Shown here piece by piece: positions 36,785 to 46,619 of a DNA stretch of 64,000 nucleotides (positions within the stretch are counted from its first letter, which is position 1; every line of letters starts with the position of its first letter). The stretch is from an uncultured Gammaproteobacteria bacterium. GTDB taxonomy: Bacteria > Patescibacteriota > Microgenomatia > CAYQLK01. The DNA is taken from positions 94,245-158,244 of the forward strand of contig CAYOLO010000001.1 of the NCBI GenBank assembly GCA_964404855.1, in the 5' to 3' direction. Made by a program: the position numbers and the translations under genes. The notes beneath the pieces are model-generated. The model was given only the letters and a program-made list of their open reading frames with translations, did not search any database and was not told the DNA's origin.

Positions 36785-38272
36785 ATGACAAAACCAAAAA
36801 GTCTAACGCTAAAAATAGAAATCTTACTAGTTGCTGCGTTAGCATTCGTTTTCATATTAAGAATTCCATCGCTTTTTGAACCGTTTTGGTACGGGGATGA
36901 AGGTATTTTTGCGGCCGTTGGCCACGGACTAAACAAGGGACATATGCTCTACCTACAGACTTGGGACAATAAACCTCCGATGATTTACCTCTATTACTCT
37001 GCAATTTTTAGAATTTTTGGCGAGTCAATGTTTTGGTTAAGAATGGTTACTGCTATTTGGGTAACACTTACTGCTTTGGTGGTGTTTGACATTGTTAGAA
37101 GAATTTTAAGCGATAAAAGAGCATTGGTTGCTATAGTTCTATTTGGATTACTTACTTCCCTACCTGTAATTGAGGGTAATTTGGCTTTAACAGAAATATT
37201 AATGCTACTTCCAACTGCTTTAGGGTTTTGGTTAATTTTATTGAAGAATAAGGGGCTATTTAAAAATTTTGATGATGTGTTTGTGTATTTAATTGCGGGC
37301 GCATGTTTTTGTATTGCATTTTTGTTTAAACAGATGGCTGTATTTGACGCAATTGCGGCAGGGATCATAATCTTGACGATGCAGGAAAAACCAATTAAAA
37401 GAGCTGCTAGTTTGACTATTGGTTTTTTGGCTGTTTTTGGGATCGTATCTTTATACTTTTTACTACGAGGAACATTAGGTGACTTTATTTTTGCTGCTTA
37501 CACTTATTACTTTATCTATTTATCAGAAGGTCCAGGTTTACCAAAATATTTTGTAGTTTTTAAAGTATTACCCGCAGCAATTGCTACACTTTTTCTTTTT
37601 TACAAATTATTTAGTGGTAAAAAAGTTACATTTACGAATGTTTTTTTGATGTGGGTATGTTTTGCATTGATGGGAAGTATTTTTTCAGGTAGGCCTTATG
37701 GACATTATTTAATTCAAATAATATTACCTTTAACAATATTATTAGTTGGACTTAACTTTAGAAAAATTAAACTTTTGGATGTTGCTGTATCGGCTGTAAT
37801 TTTAGTGATTGCAATTTTTGTTTTGAACAAGGCGTTTGGACTTAGTAATTTTCAGGGAGATGTATTACGAACGGGTTATTACAAAAATTTTGTTGATTTT
37901 GCCAAAGGAAACAAAACATACAGACAGTACAGCGATAGCTTTGATGGAAATGCCTACAAACTTAGAAGTGTATCTGAATACTTAATAACAAAAGGCTCAT
38001 CGAATAAATATGTTTATATATGGGGAGACTATTCTTGGGCGTATGTTTTGGCTGATGCTAAGGAATCAAGCAGATATGTTACCTCCTTTCATGTTCGCGG
38101 GCTTCCAAATGGAGACAAGGAAGTTATTGAAAGCCTTGAGAGAAATAGGCCAAAGTTTATTGTCAAAACTCCTAATGCAATCGGAGGCTTTGAAGAACTT
38201 GATGAATTCATTTTGAAATACAGATATAAACTTATTAACACGATTGAAGGTTCGGAGATATTTGCTATTTAG
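36785..38272 (+). CDS. ArnT/GT39-like GT-C glycosyltransferase
   Basis: GDEG...WDNKPP motif and many TM helices. Confidence 0.85.
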   Translation: MTKPKSLTLKIEILLVAALAFVFILRIPSLFEPFWYGDEGIFAAVGHGLNKGHMLYLQTWDNKPPMIYLYYSAIFRIFGESMFWLRMVTAIWVTLTALVVFDIVRRILSDKRALVAIVLFGLLTSLPVIEGNLALTEILMLLPTALGFWLILLKNKGLFKNFDDVFVYLIAGACFCIAFLFKQMAVFDAIAAGIIILTMQEKPIKRAASLTIGFLAVFGIVSLYFLLRGTLGDFIFAAYTYYFIYLSEGPGLPKYFVVFKVLPAAIATLFLFYKLFSGKKVTFTNVFLMWVCFALMGSIFSGRPYGHYLIQIILPLTILLVGLNFRKIKLLDVAVSAVILVIAIFVLNKAFGLSNFQGDVLRTGYYKNFVDFAKGNKTYRQYSDSFDGNAYKLRSVSEYLITKGSSNKYVYIWGDYSWAYVLADAKESSRYVTSFHVRGLPNGDKEVIESLERNRPKFIVKTPNAIGGFEELDEFILKYRYKLINTIEGSEIFAI

Positions 38273-38307
38273 AGTTTTTAATTTACAATCTATAGCATCA
38301 AAATAGG

Positions 38308-38715
38308 ATGAAAACAAAAGTAAGACCATCGGTCAAAGTTACACATTTCCGACTAAAGGACGTTAGGCAGGAATGGGACGAAGTTGACGCGGATAAAATA
38401 ACTAAAATAGTTTTTTTGATTTCTGCGGCTATATATTTACTTACCTTGGGTTTTTTTCTTTATAATCGCAAACTACTTCCACCTGAACTGCCTATTTTTT
38501 ACTCAAAACCTTGGGGTCAAGAACGACTGGCACCGTCTGATGCAATATGGATACCTGTCTTGATTGGTATGGTGTTACTAATAATTAATGGATTTTTATC
38601 GTTAAAAATATATTCGAAAGAAAAGTTTTTACAAAAAGTTATTGCATGGACTAATTTGGCTACGACAACTTTAATATCCGTGACCTTGGTTAAAATCATG
38701 AGATTATTCGTTTAA
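38308..38715 (+). CDS. Hypothetical membrane protein (DUF1648-like)
   Basis: LPPELPIFYS.PWG between TM helices. Confidence 0.7.
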   Translation: MKTKVRPSVKVTHFRLKDVRQEWDEVDADKITKIVFLISAAIYLLTLGFFLYNRKLLPPELPIFYSKPWGQERLAPSDAIWIPVLIGMVLLIINGFLSLKIYSKEKFLQKVIAWTNLATTTLISVTLVKIMRLFV

Positions 38716-38723
38716 TTATCTAA

Positions 38724-39803
38724 GTGATAGAAATTTTGTCTAATCAATTATTTTTAGGTTTTTTATTTTCTCTTTCAGTAACTTTGTGTGTAACACCTAT
38801 TGTTATAAAGCTTGCGACAAAATATGGTTATGTGGATGATCCGGCAAAACACAAACATCCAGCAATATTGCACAAAAAAATCATTCCGCGTGCAGGAGGA
38901 CTGGCGATAGGGGTTGGAATAATTTTGGCTATTTTATTTTTTATCCCAATTAATAAACAAATTGTAGGTATTATCGCGGGTTCGGTTATTGCGATTGTTA
39001 TTGGTGTACTTGATGACAAATATGACCTCAATCCTTATTTAAGATTTTTTAGTAATTTTTTAATTGCTGCTGTTGTTGTGCTGTCGGGAATTGGAATATC
39101 TTTTATTACAAATCCTTTTGGAGGAGTATTTCGACTTGATGAGTTAATAATTAGATTTGATTTGTTCGGACCTCACTCGATAATTGTTTTGGCAGATTTA
39201 TTTGCAATTCTTTGGATTGTTTGGGTGATGAATATGCTTAATTGGTCAAAAGGCGTGGATGGCCAACTTGCAGGAATTGCGGCAGTGGGTTTTATTGTGC
39301 TTGGCATTACAAGTTTAAGATTTGCAGAAAATGACCCTTCACAAACAATTGTGGCACTTTTGGCTTTTATTGCGGCGGGTGCTTCATTAGGTTTTTTGCC
39401 GTTTAACTGGCATCCGGCTAAAATATTTCCAGGATATTCCTCAACAATTTTAGGTTTTCTGATTGCGGTTTTATCAATAATGTCTGGAGCAAAGGTAGCA
39501 ATCGCAATTTTGGCTATGGCTGTTCCGTTACTGGATGGCCTTTTTACGATCGTGCGCAGGTTGCTTATGAAAAAGTCTCCATTCTGGGGAGACAAACGAC
39601 ATTTACATCATCATTTGATGCGATTAGGATGGGGTCATAGAAAAATTTCTTTATTTTATTGGACAGTCTGTGCTATTTTAGGATTAATAGCATTAACCAC
39701 AAGTGGTATCGAAAAGCTGTTTGCGGGACTGTTAGTGTTTAGTATCATTATCGCAGCCATCCTTTGGATAAACTTAATTATTTGGTCAAAGGAAGATTTA
39801 TAG
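38724..39803 (+). CDS. MraY/WecA/TagO family polyprenyl-phosphate sugar-1-phosphate transferase
   Basis: PRAGG, GVLDD, N...GVDG, FNWHPAKIF, HLHH. Confidence 0.93.
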   Translation: MIEILSNQLFLGFLFSLSVTLCVTPIVIKLATKYGYVDDPAKHKHPAILHKKIIPRAGGLAIGVGIILAILFFIPINKQIVGIIAGSVIAIVIGVLDDKYDLNPYLRFFSNFLIAAVVVLSGIGISFITNPFGGVFRLDELIIRFDLFGPHSIIVLADLFAILWIVWVMNMLNWSKGVDGQLAGIAAVGFIVLGITSLRFAENDPSQTIVALLAFIAAGASLGFLPFNWHPAKIFPGYSSTILGFLIAVLSIMSGAKVAIAILAMAVPLLDGLFTIVRRLLMKKSPFWGDKRHLHHHLMRLGWGHRKISLFYWTVCAILGLIALTTSGIEKLFAGLLVFSIIIAAILWINLIIWSKEDL

Positions 39804-39807
39804 ACTT

Positions 39808-40740
39808 ATGTTAATTGCAATTATTAAATCGGTTCGCCCAAGACAGTGGTTAAAGAACTTTTCACTTTTTGCACCAATTGTGTTTGAGGGAACTTTGTTT
39901 TCAGAAGGAAACATCTTAAGGCTGATTTATGGCTTTTTTGTATTTTGTATTTTGGCTTCATCAATATATTTACTTAATGATGTTGTAGACATTGAGCTTG
40001 ATAGGCAGCATCCATTTAAGAAATTCCGCCCGATAGCTAAGGGAAGTTTGCCTGTTCCAATTGCACTACTACTATCAATTACTGGAATAGGATTGGTTTT
40101 TGTTTTTGGGTATATTTTGTCTCCATATTTTTTAGCTGCTTGTTTACTTTATCTTGGACTTCAACTTGCTTATACCTTCTATTTAAAAAATCAAATTTTA
40201 TTAGATGTAATGGTTATTGCGTCAGGATTTTTAATTAGAGTTTACGCAGGGGCCTTAATTGTTGAAGCTCATGTAACTGTTTGGTTTTTACTGGCTGTCC
40301 TTTGTTTATCTTTATTCTTAGCTATTGGAAAAAGACGATCAGAACGAACTTTGTTATCAGGAGCAACCAAAATTGACGACGTGAGAAAAACACTAAAAGG
40401 TTATCCAAATAGTTTGCTTGATAGTTTAACGATTATGTTTGCAACAGCGACTTGGCTTTCGTACGCAATGTTTACTTTTTTACAACCGCCAGTGTCAGCT
40501 GATATAAAACAGTCCTTAACTTTTTTAAGCACATATTTACCAGACACGCTGACTAATACCTCAAAATGGTTAATGATTACCATACCTTTTGTTATTTATG
40601 GGGTAATGAGATATCTGTATATTATTTATGAAAAACGCGAAGGAGAATCGCCAGAGAGAGTTATGCTTTCTGATAAGCCGATATTGATTACAATAATTTT
40701 GTGGAGCATTACGGTTATGACAATAATTTACGCAATCTAA
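39808..40740 (+). CDS. UbiA family decaprenyl-phosphate phosphoribosyltransferase-like protein
   Basis: RPRQWLKN, YLLNDVVDIELDRQHP.K..RPIA.G, KRRSE. Confidence 0.9.
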   Translation: MLIAIIKSVRPRQWLKNFSLFAPIVFEGTLFSEGNILRLIYGFFVFCILASSIYLLNDVVDIELDRQHPFKKFRPIAKGSLPVPIALLLSITGIGLVFVFGYILSPYFLAACLLYLGLQLAYTFYLKNQILLDVMVIASGFLIRVYAGALIVEAHVTVWFLLAVLCLSLFLAIGKRRSERTLLSGATKIDDVRKTLKGYPNSLLDSLTIMFATATWLSYAMFTFLQPPVSADIKQSLTFLSTYLPDTLTNTSKWLMITIPFVIYGVMRYLYIIYEKREGESPERVMLSDKPILITIILWSITVMTIIYAI

Positions 40741-41495
40741 AGATTTTGGATATATTCACTTGATACCCAGCCAGTTGTTAGTTCATCAATTTTAATCTGG
40801 GCAAAATTATTATTTAGTTCTAAAACTTCAAATTCTTGACCTGGTTGGACCTGAGTAATTTCTGCGGAATTAATATCTGGATTTTCTCTGACTCTTAAAA
40901 AACCGGTCGGACTTTCCTTAATTACAATTTTTGGTAAAGGATTAGTTTTGGGACTATCAATTGTAGCCAGCTGAGAATTAACAATTACTGAATAGTTTGA
41001 CTGAATATGAACACGAACAGACCTCTCAACAAAACCTTCTTTTTTGACCGTAATCCTGTGATCTCCAAGGCTAAGATTGTCAATATTTATTGGTGTATTT
41101 CCTTTAAATTCGCCATCAATAAATACGTGAGAGGCCAAAGGAAAAGAGATTACTTTAAGGCCATTTGTGCCTTTTGCAAGACTAACCGTCTCACCTTGTG
41201 ATTTCTGGTCTTCGAGAGATAATTGCCTGTTAATGATACTGAGCGTGTTAGGCAATAGCCTTAACTCTTCGACGTGACCACCAGAATTAGTCTGAATGTT
41301 AATCTGATAGGTCTGATTGGCCGACAGTTGATCTGAAAAAAATGGTGTTTGTCCAAAATCTGTTCCATTAATAATAATTTTGGCTTGTGGGTCGGAAGTT
41401 ATTTGAAGCGAGGCTTTTGCGCCTGAAATTGAACCGCAGCCAAATATAGGTATAACAAATAAAAATAAAGAAATTAACTTGAAATATTTTGCCAT
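40737..41495 (-). CDS. PEGA-domain and SH3b-domain lipoprotein
   Basis: Lipobox-like FGC, two PEGA repeats (ITSDP..A...ING...GQTP), C-terminal LRVRENP...GWVS. Confidence 0.85.
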   Translation of the reverse strand: MAKYFKLISLFLFVIPIFGCGSISGAKASLQITSDPQAKIIINGTDFGQTPFFSDQLSANQTYQINIQTNSGGHVEELRLLPNTLSIINRQLSLEDQKSQGETVSLAKGTNGLKVISFPLASHVFIDGEFKGNTPINIDNLSLGDHRITVKKEGFVERSVRVHIQSNYSVIVNSQLATIDSPKTNPLPKIVIKESPTGFLRVRENPDINSAEITQVQPGQEFEVLELNNNFAQIKIDELTTGWVSSEYIQNL

Positions 41496-41609
41496 AAACG
41501 TAGACAGATTTTACATAAAATGTGCATTGATTGACATCTACAGATTTGACTTTTTCCCCTTTTTCTGATATTATAGGTCGTTCATATCTCCATTTTTGGA
41601 GGTTAAATT

Positions 41610-42368
41610 ATGAAAAAAACAACAAATAAGAGACCGAAAAAGCCTCATTTATCTTTGCCTTGCGCGAGCTGGATAGCTTCGCAGGGCTTAAAATCACTCC
41701 CCTTCACTAGAGAAACAGCTAGCTTAATAGTCGAGAAAACTGTAAGTTTATTAATGTTAATTATTATAGGTTTTCTTAAACTTGTAATAAAAAACTATAG
41801 AAAAATAGTTGCGTTTCCTCATAAAAGAATCAGTATTAAATATGGTTTAATGCTGTCAATTTTTGTGGTTATTTTTGGACTTATTTCGATTGATCAAAGC
41901 CAAAATAAAAAACAAGAACAAATTGAAATTGTTATAGCAGCAAGTGAAGAAAAAAACGAATTTGGACAGGTATCTAACACAATTGGATGGGAAGCATGGG
42001 ATGAGGACTTTATTATTCCTGTTGGTGGATACAAGAGCCAAGGATATCGCCGCGGACATAGTGGTATAGATTATGCAGCAGAAATTTATAGCCCTGTTCA
42101 CCCTATTACAGCTGGTAAGGTTGTACATACAGGATGGGAAGCTGGTGGTTATGGAATAACTGTTATTGTTGACCACGGCCACGAACTAATTGCTAGATAT
42201 GCACACCTTGCGAATACTAGCGTAAAAATTGGCCAAGAAGTGAGAACTGAAGACACACTAGGAGAAGTGGGTTTAACCGGACGAACTACTGGTCCTCATG
42301 TACACGTAGAAATCTACGACCAAAACCAAAATATTAACCCTGAAAATTTTATTCCCCTCGTAAACTAA
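41610..42368 (+). CDS. M23 family metallopeptidase
   Basis: HSGID, YAHL, TTGPHVHVE. Confidence 0.92.
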   Translation: MKKTTNKRPKKPHLSLPCASWIASQGLKSLPFTRETASLIVEKTVSLLMLIIIGFLKLVIKNYRKIVAFPHKRISIKYGLMLSIFVVIFGLISIDQSQNKKQEQIEIVIAASEEKNEFGQVSNTIGWEAWDEDFIIPVGGYKSQGYRRGHSGIDYAAEIYSPVHPITAGKVVHTGWEAGGYGITVIVDHGHELIARYAHLANTSVKIGQEVRTEDTLGEVGLTGRTTGPHVHVEIYDQNQNINPENFIPLVN

Positions 42369-42374
42369 AATACC

Positions 42375-42908
42375 TTATCGAGGTCTGAGTTTGCGTATTT
42401 TAGGTGTAAACTCGTAGTTTTCTTTGCTTTGTTTGTGCAATTTTTTGGATAATTCCATATCTGACAGTTCTTCAAATAAAACTTTAAGTTTTATAGGATT
42501 GGCGACTTTTTCCATAACAATTGCATGCTTATCGTAACCTGCGGTAACAATATCAAGATCGCCAGAGTTATATAAAAACCTCTCAAAAAAAGATTGTTCA
42601 ACTGTGACATGAGTAACCCGATTAATTGGAGCGGAGGTTATTTTTTTGGAAAAAATACCTTCGATAATAATAAATCGACGATTTGTAATTGCATAACTGA
42701 TTTCACGATTTTTTCTTAAAACACCAAGTAGTTTGGGGAGTCCGAGTAAAACAAAGGCAGGAGGAAGCCATAAAATTATTTGAATAATGTAATATCTTTG
42801 GCTGATACCACTAAAGTATAAAACCTCCTCATTTTTAATTAGGTATTTTTTAAGCTTTTTTAACGACTTTGGTTTTGGTTTTTTGAAACCGAACTTAGAG
42901 ATGTCCAT
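42375..42908 (-). CDS. Bacterial PH-domain (bPH_2) membrane protein
   Basis: YAITNRR....GIFSK...V..VTVEQS...R....GD..I.TAG. Confidence 0.8.
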   Translation of the reverse strand: MDISKFGFKKPKPKSLKKLKKYLIKNEEVLYFSGISQRYYIIQIILWLPPAFVLLGLPKLLGVLRKNREISYAITNRRFIIIEGIFSKKITSAPINRVTHVTVEQSFFERFLYNSGDLDIVTAGYDKHAIVMEKVANPIKLKVLFEELSDMELSKKLHKQSKENYEFTPKIRKLRPR

Positions 42909-42970
42909 TATTCTTATTATAGTAGAGGTTTTACTCTACAGGTTAGAAATATAAAGCATTCAAAAAGTAA

Positions 42971-43594
42971 TTAGTCGGAAAAGTCAGCGTTTAGAATAAC
43001 TGGTCCTGGCCTAGGATCGCTTTCGGCAAGATTTGAATCAAATGATTCAAGTGTAACAATTAGGGAATCATAACTAACAAAGTTGGCGTTAGGCAGAGTA
43101 AATGTGAGTGTGTAAAATTCCCCTTCTTTTTTGAGTGTGCCTAATGGTTGAACAAAAGGAGCAAGATCAATATTCCTTTTGTAAGACAAATTATTAAAAA
43201 ATGTTCCGTATTTTTCGTCTAAGTCTGAACTATTAGTCTTACCCGGCCCACCGTTTAGGCCTGCGTCCACTAAATAAGCGTTTAGGGTTGTTTTCTCGGG
43301 TAAAATCAGATTTTTGAGATCGATATTAATTTTTAGCTGACCGTTTTCAAAATCAATTACAGCATTACCGCTAATACCATCAAGATTGGCGACTTGGGCT
43401 AAGGCAGTTTGGTTAAGTTTAAAATCTTTACCATTAATGGCATTTTTGATCGTAATATTTTCTTCAACTGAAATGTCGGGAACTCGGGTCTGGGAAAATA
43501 TATAGCCAAGAATGATACCTATAAAAATTAGGGCAAAATAAACTACAAACGAAAACCGATTAATTGTCGCTCTTTTGCCTTTTTTCTTAGCCAT
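42971..43594 (-). CDS. Hypothetical membrane-anchored protein
   Basis: Basic N-terminus, single TM, beta-rich extracytoplasmic domain. Confidence 0.7.
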   Translation of the reverse strand: MAKKKGKRATINRFSFVVYFALIFIGIILGYIFSQTRVPDISVEENITIKNAINGKDFKLNQTALAQVANLDGISGNAVIDFENGQLKINIDLKNLILPEKTTLNAYLVDAGLNGGPGKTNSSDLDEKYGTFFNNLSYKRNIDLAPFVQPLGTLKKEGEFYTLTFTLPNANFVSYDSLIVTLESFDSNLAESDPRPGPVILNADFSD

Positions 43595-43691
43595 GAATTG
43601 AATGTTTTGAAGGCAGATTTATTTTTTAAAGCAAAATAATTAGCCAAGTGGCAGTAAATATTTAATTTCTTGGTTTGTAGAATAACACAAA

Positions 43692-45317
43692 CTACATTCC
43701 CATATCGCCCATGCCACCCATGCCGGACATTGGGTTTTTGTTTTCATCAGCTTTTTCTGCAACAAGCGCCTCGGTAGTGATCACCATAATTGCGACCGAA
43801 GTTGCGTTTTCAACTGCTGATCTCGTAACTTTTGCGGGGTCAACAATACCAGAGGTAAGCATTGATTCAAACTCATTAGTCATGACGTTAAATCCTGTGT
43901 CGTCATCCTTAGACTCGATTTCTTTAATGACCCACCCTGCTTCGACGCCTGCATTGAGAGCGATCCAGCGCAACGGCTCAACAAGTGCGCTTTTTATAAT
44001 ATTAATCCCAACAGCCTCATCACTATTTATAGCTTTTAACTTAGAGAGCGCTTTGGCGGCACGAACGAGAGTAACTCCTCCACCAGGTACAATTCCCTCT
44101 TCTAGAGCGGCCTTGGTAGCTTCGACAGCGTCCTTGACTCTCTCTAGACGTTCTTTCATTTCGACTTCGGTTGCCGCTCCAACATTAATAACAGCTACGC
44201 CGCCGCCTAGTTTAGCAAGACGTTCCTGTAGTTTTTCTTTGTCAAAATCATTAGTTGCTGATTCTAATTCCTTTTGGATTGCACTAATACGTGCTTTAAC
44301 GGCGGATTTGGTTTGGTCAGCAACAATTATCGTCGACTCTTTGTCTGATTGGACTTTTTTGGCAAAACCTAAATCTTCAGTTGTAGCAGAATCGAGTTTT
44401 CTACCTAATTCTTCAGAAATAACTGTGCCACCTGTTAGAACAGCAATATCCTCAAGCATGGCTTTGCGCCTATCTCCAAAACCTGGAGCTTTGACGGCAA
44501 GCACATTAAATGTGCCACGAAGCTTGTTGACCACCAGAGTTGCTAATGCCTCACCTTCTATTTCGTCAGCAATAATGACAAGATTCTTGGTAGTTTTAAT
44601 GAGATTCTCGAGCATTGGAAGAAGATCATTAATTGAAGAAATTTTGTAGTCCGTAATAAGAACAGCGGCGTCATTAATATCGGCGACCATTCTTTCTTGG
44701 TCGGTGACAAAATATGTAGACGCATAACCCTTATCAAATTCCATACCCTCTTTGTACTCAATACCAGTTTCTAGGCCTTTACTCTCTTCAACAGTTACTA
44801 CCCCATTACTACCGACTTTTTCTAAAGCCTCAGCGACTATTTCGCCAATTGTGGCGTCAGCTGCTGACACTGTGGCAACTTGAGCAATGCCTTCCCTGCC
44901 AGAAACAGGCTTAGCCATCGATTTGATTTCTTTAATAACAGCATCGCGGGCTTTTTCTAGTCCTGATCTAATTGACATCGGATTAGCACCAGCGGTGACA
45001 ACTTTTAATCCTTCTTTGATAATGGCTTCAGCTAAAACAGTAGCGGTAGTTGTACCATCACCAGCAACATCATTAGTACGACTTGCGGCTTCTTTAATAA
45101 GCTGAGCCCCCATGTTTTCAAAAGGATCAGAAAGTTCGATTTCTTTGGCGACACTTACTCCATCATGGATAACCGAAGGGCCACCCCATTTTTTGTCGAG
45201 GGCGACATTTCTACCTTTTGGTCCGAGTGTGGTTTTAACTGCTTTTGCGAGAATTTCGGCTCCTTTTAGGAGTTTTTCGCGAGCCTCTGCGCCAAAAATT
45301 ATTTCTTTTGCTGCCAT
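43692..45317 (-). CDS. groL: Chaperonin GroEL
   Basis: [23 protein letters not shown] tail. Confidence 0.99.
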   Translation of the reverse strand: MAAKEIIFGAEAREKLLKGAEILAKAVKTTLGPKGRNVALDKKWGGPSVIHDGVSVAKEIELSDPFENMGAQLIKEAASRTNDVAGDGTTTATVLAEAIIKEGLKVVTAGANPMSIRSGLEKARDAVIKEIKSMAKPVSGREGIAQVATVSAADATIGEIVAEALEKVGSNGVVTVEESKGLETGIEYKEGMEFDKGYASTYFVTDQERMVADINDAAVLITDYKISSINDLLPMLENLIKTTKNLVIIADEIEGEALATLVVNKLRGTFNVLAVKAPGFGDRRKAMLEDIAVLTGGTVISEELGRKLDSATTEDLGFAKKVQSDKESTIIVADQTKSAVKARISAIQKELESATNDFDKEKLQERLAKLGGGVAVINVGAATEVEMKERLERVKDAVEATKAALEEGIVPGGGVTLVRAAKALSKLKAINSDEAVGINIIKSALVEPLRWIALNAGVEAGWVIKEIESKDDDTGFNVMTNEFESMLTSGIVDPAKVTRSAVENATSVAIMVITTEALVAEKADENKNPMSGMGGMGDMGM

Positions 45318-45326
45318 AATGTTTTT

Positions 45327-45626
45327 TTATTTATTTATTTTTGCCATTAAATCCTCGAATTTAAGTAGAGAATACTCTACCCCATCGATTTTTATTTCAT
45401 TGCCTGCCCATTTTTTGTAGAGAACTTTTTCTCCAACTTTGACGGGAGATTTTTTTTCTTGACCGTCTTCAAAAACAGATTCACCAATTGCCAAAACTTC
45501 GCCTTCTGAAGGTTTTTCAACATTGGCACTGTCAGGCAAAATAATACCTGAAGAGGTTTTAGTTTCGGAATCTTTTGGTTTAATGAGTATGTATCCTGCA
45601 AGAGGATTAATTTTGGTTATATCCAT
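45327..45626 (-). CDS. groS: Co-chaperonin GroES
   Basis: TKTSSGIILPD, VKVGEKVLY; upstream of groL. Confidence 0.97.
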   Translation of the reverse strand: MDITKINPLAGYILIKPKDSETKTSSGIILPDSANVEKPSEGEVLAIGESVFEDGQEKKSPVKVGEKVLYKKWAGNEIKIDGVEYSLLKFEDLMAKINK

Positions 45627-45642
45627 AAGGTTTTTTGAAAAA

Positions 45643-45682
45643 TTAGCATTGGTATTGTATAAGTGCTAATTTTTTTTGTCAA
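45643..45682 (-). promoter_or_regulatory. CIRCE operator overlapping the groESL promoter
   Basis: TTAGCATTG-N9-AAGTGCTAA at 45643-45669; TTGACA (45682-45677)-17 nt-TACAAT (45659-45654). Confidence 0.9.
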
Positions 45683-46571
45683 GACTATTGCCAAAGATTA
45701 ATTTATGCTCTTTTTCTTGCAACTTCGATTTTGTTTGACTAATTATTGACTGATATTTTTTAAGAATAATAGATTGATAGTCAATTGGATGAAAACGTAT
45801 CTCGTTAGATTTAACTGTTTCGTTGGTGATATGGCTACGCATATATTGGAATTGAAGCCAAAATAATGGTTTTGAGAATAATTTGGCAAAATTATTTGTT
45901 TTTGGGAAAGCTTGGTTTTGTGGTTTGGAAGGAAAAATAAAATTGGGAAAAATATTAGAGCTCCAAATATTGGTGTGAAGAAATTTTTCATATGTCTGTT
46001 CTCTATTGAGAATAGGAATGATTTGCAATATTTCGCGAGCGGTATATATATTTTTGTTTTCGATACGAAGCTTGTTGGTATCCAAAAACATATTAAGACA
46101 GACCGAGTTTTTGACATGCAAATTATTACGATTTACTCTTTTTCTGTGCAAATGAAAAAGACGCAAAACTAGAACCGAAAAAAGTCTACTTATCCAAACA
46201 GAATCAGGAGAACAAACAATAAACAGGTCAATATCAGAATTTTTTTGCGGTTTTCCGGCTGCTAGCGAGCCAGATATGGCGATTAATTTGATGGTTGGAA
46301 TTATTTTAAGTAAGTTGGCGGCTTTTTGGGCAATTTGCAGTTTTTGGTTATAAATTTTTGCGTGACTAGAAAAATCTGCCTTTATTTTGAGACCAAATTG
46401 ATTATTTTTGTAGGTAATTATTTTCTTCTCTTTTAGTTTTTTTAAAGTCTGATTTAGTTTTTGAGGAGTGGTTTTTTGGATAATTAACCATTTGAGCAGT
46501 TCTTTTTCTGAATATGTCGAATTAAATATTTGACTATAACAAAGCGACAAAATAGCAAAACGTTCTAACAT
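45666..46571 (-). CDS. Pol-beta-type nucleotidyltransferase domain protein
   Basis: ISGSLA.....SDIDLFIV motif. Confidence 0.8.
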   Translation of the reverse strand: MLERFAILSLCYSQIFNSTYSEKELLKWLIIQKTTPQKLNQTLKKLKEKKIITYKNNQFGLKIKADFSSHAKIYNQKLQIAQKAANLLKIIPTIKLIAISGSLAAGKPQKNSDIDLFIVCSPDSVWISRLFSVLVLRLFHLHRKRVNRNNLHVKNSVCLNMFLDTNKLRIENKNIYTAREILQIIPILNREQTYEKFLHTNIWSSNIFPNFIFPSKPQNQAFPKTNNFAKLFSKPLFWLQFQYMRSHITNETVKSNEIRFHPIDYQSIILKKYQSIISQTKSKLQEKEHKLIFGNSLDKKN

Positions 46572-46619
46572 AAAAATATTCTAATTGTTTTTGAAAAATT
46601 GAGTGGCTAGAAAAAAGCT

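Noticed and set aside
43711-44649. 312-aa antisense ORF opposite groL (also 8102-8599 opposite dnaK)
   Set aside because: Typical antisense shadow of a strongly codon-biased conserved gene; no independent signals
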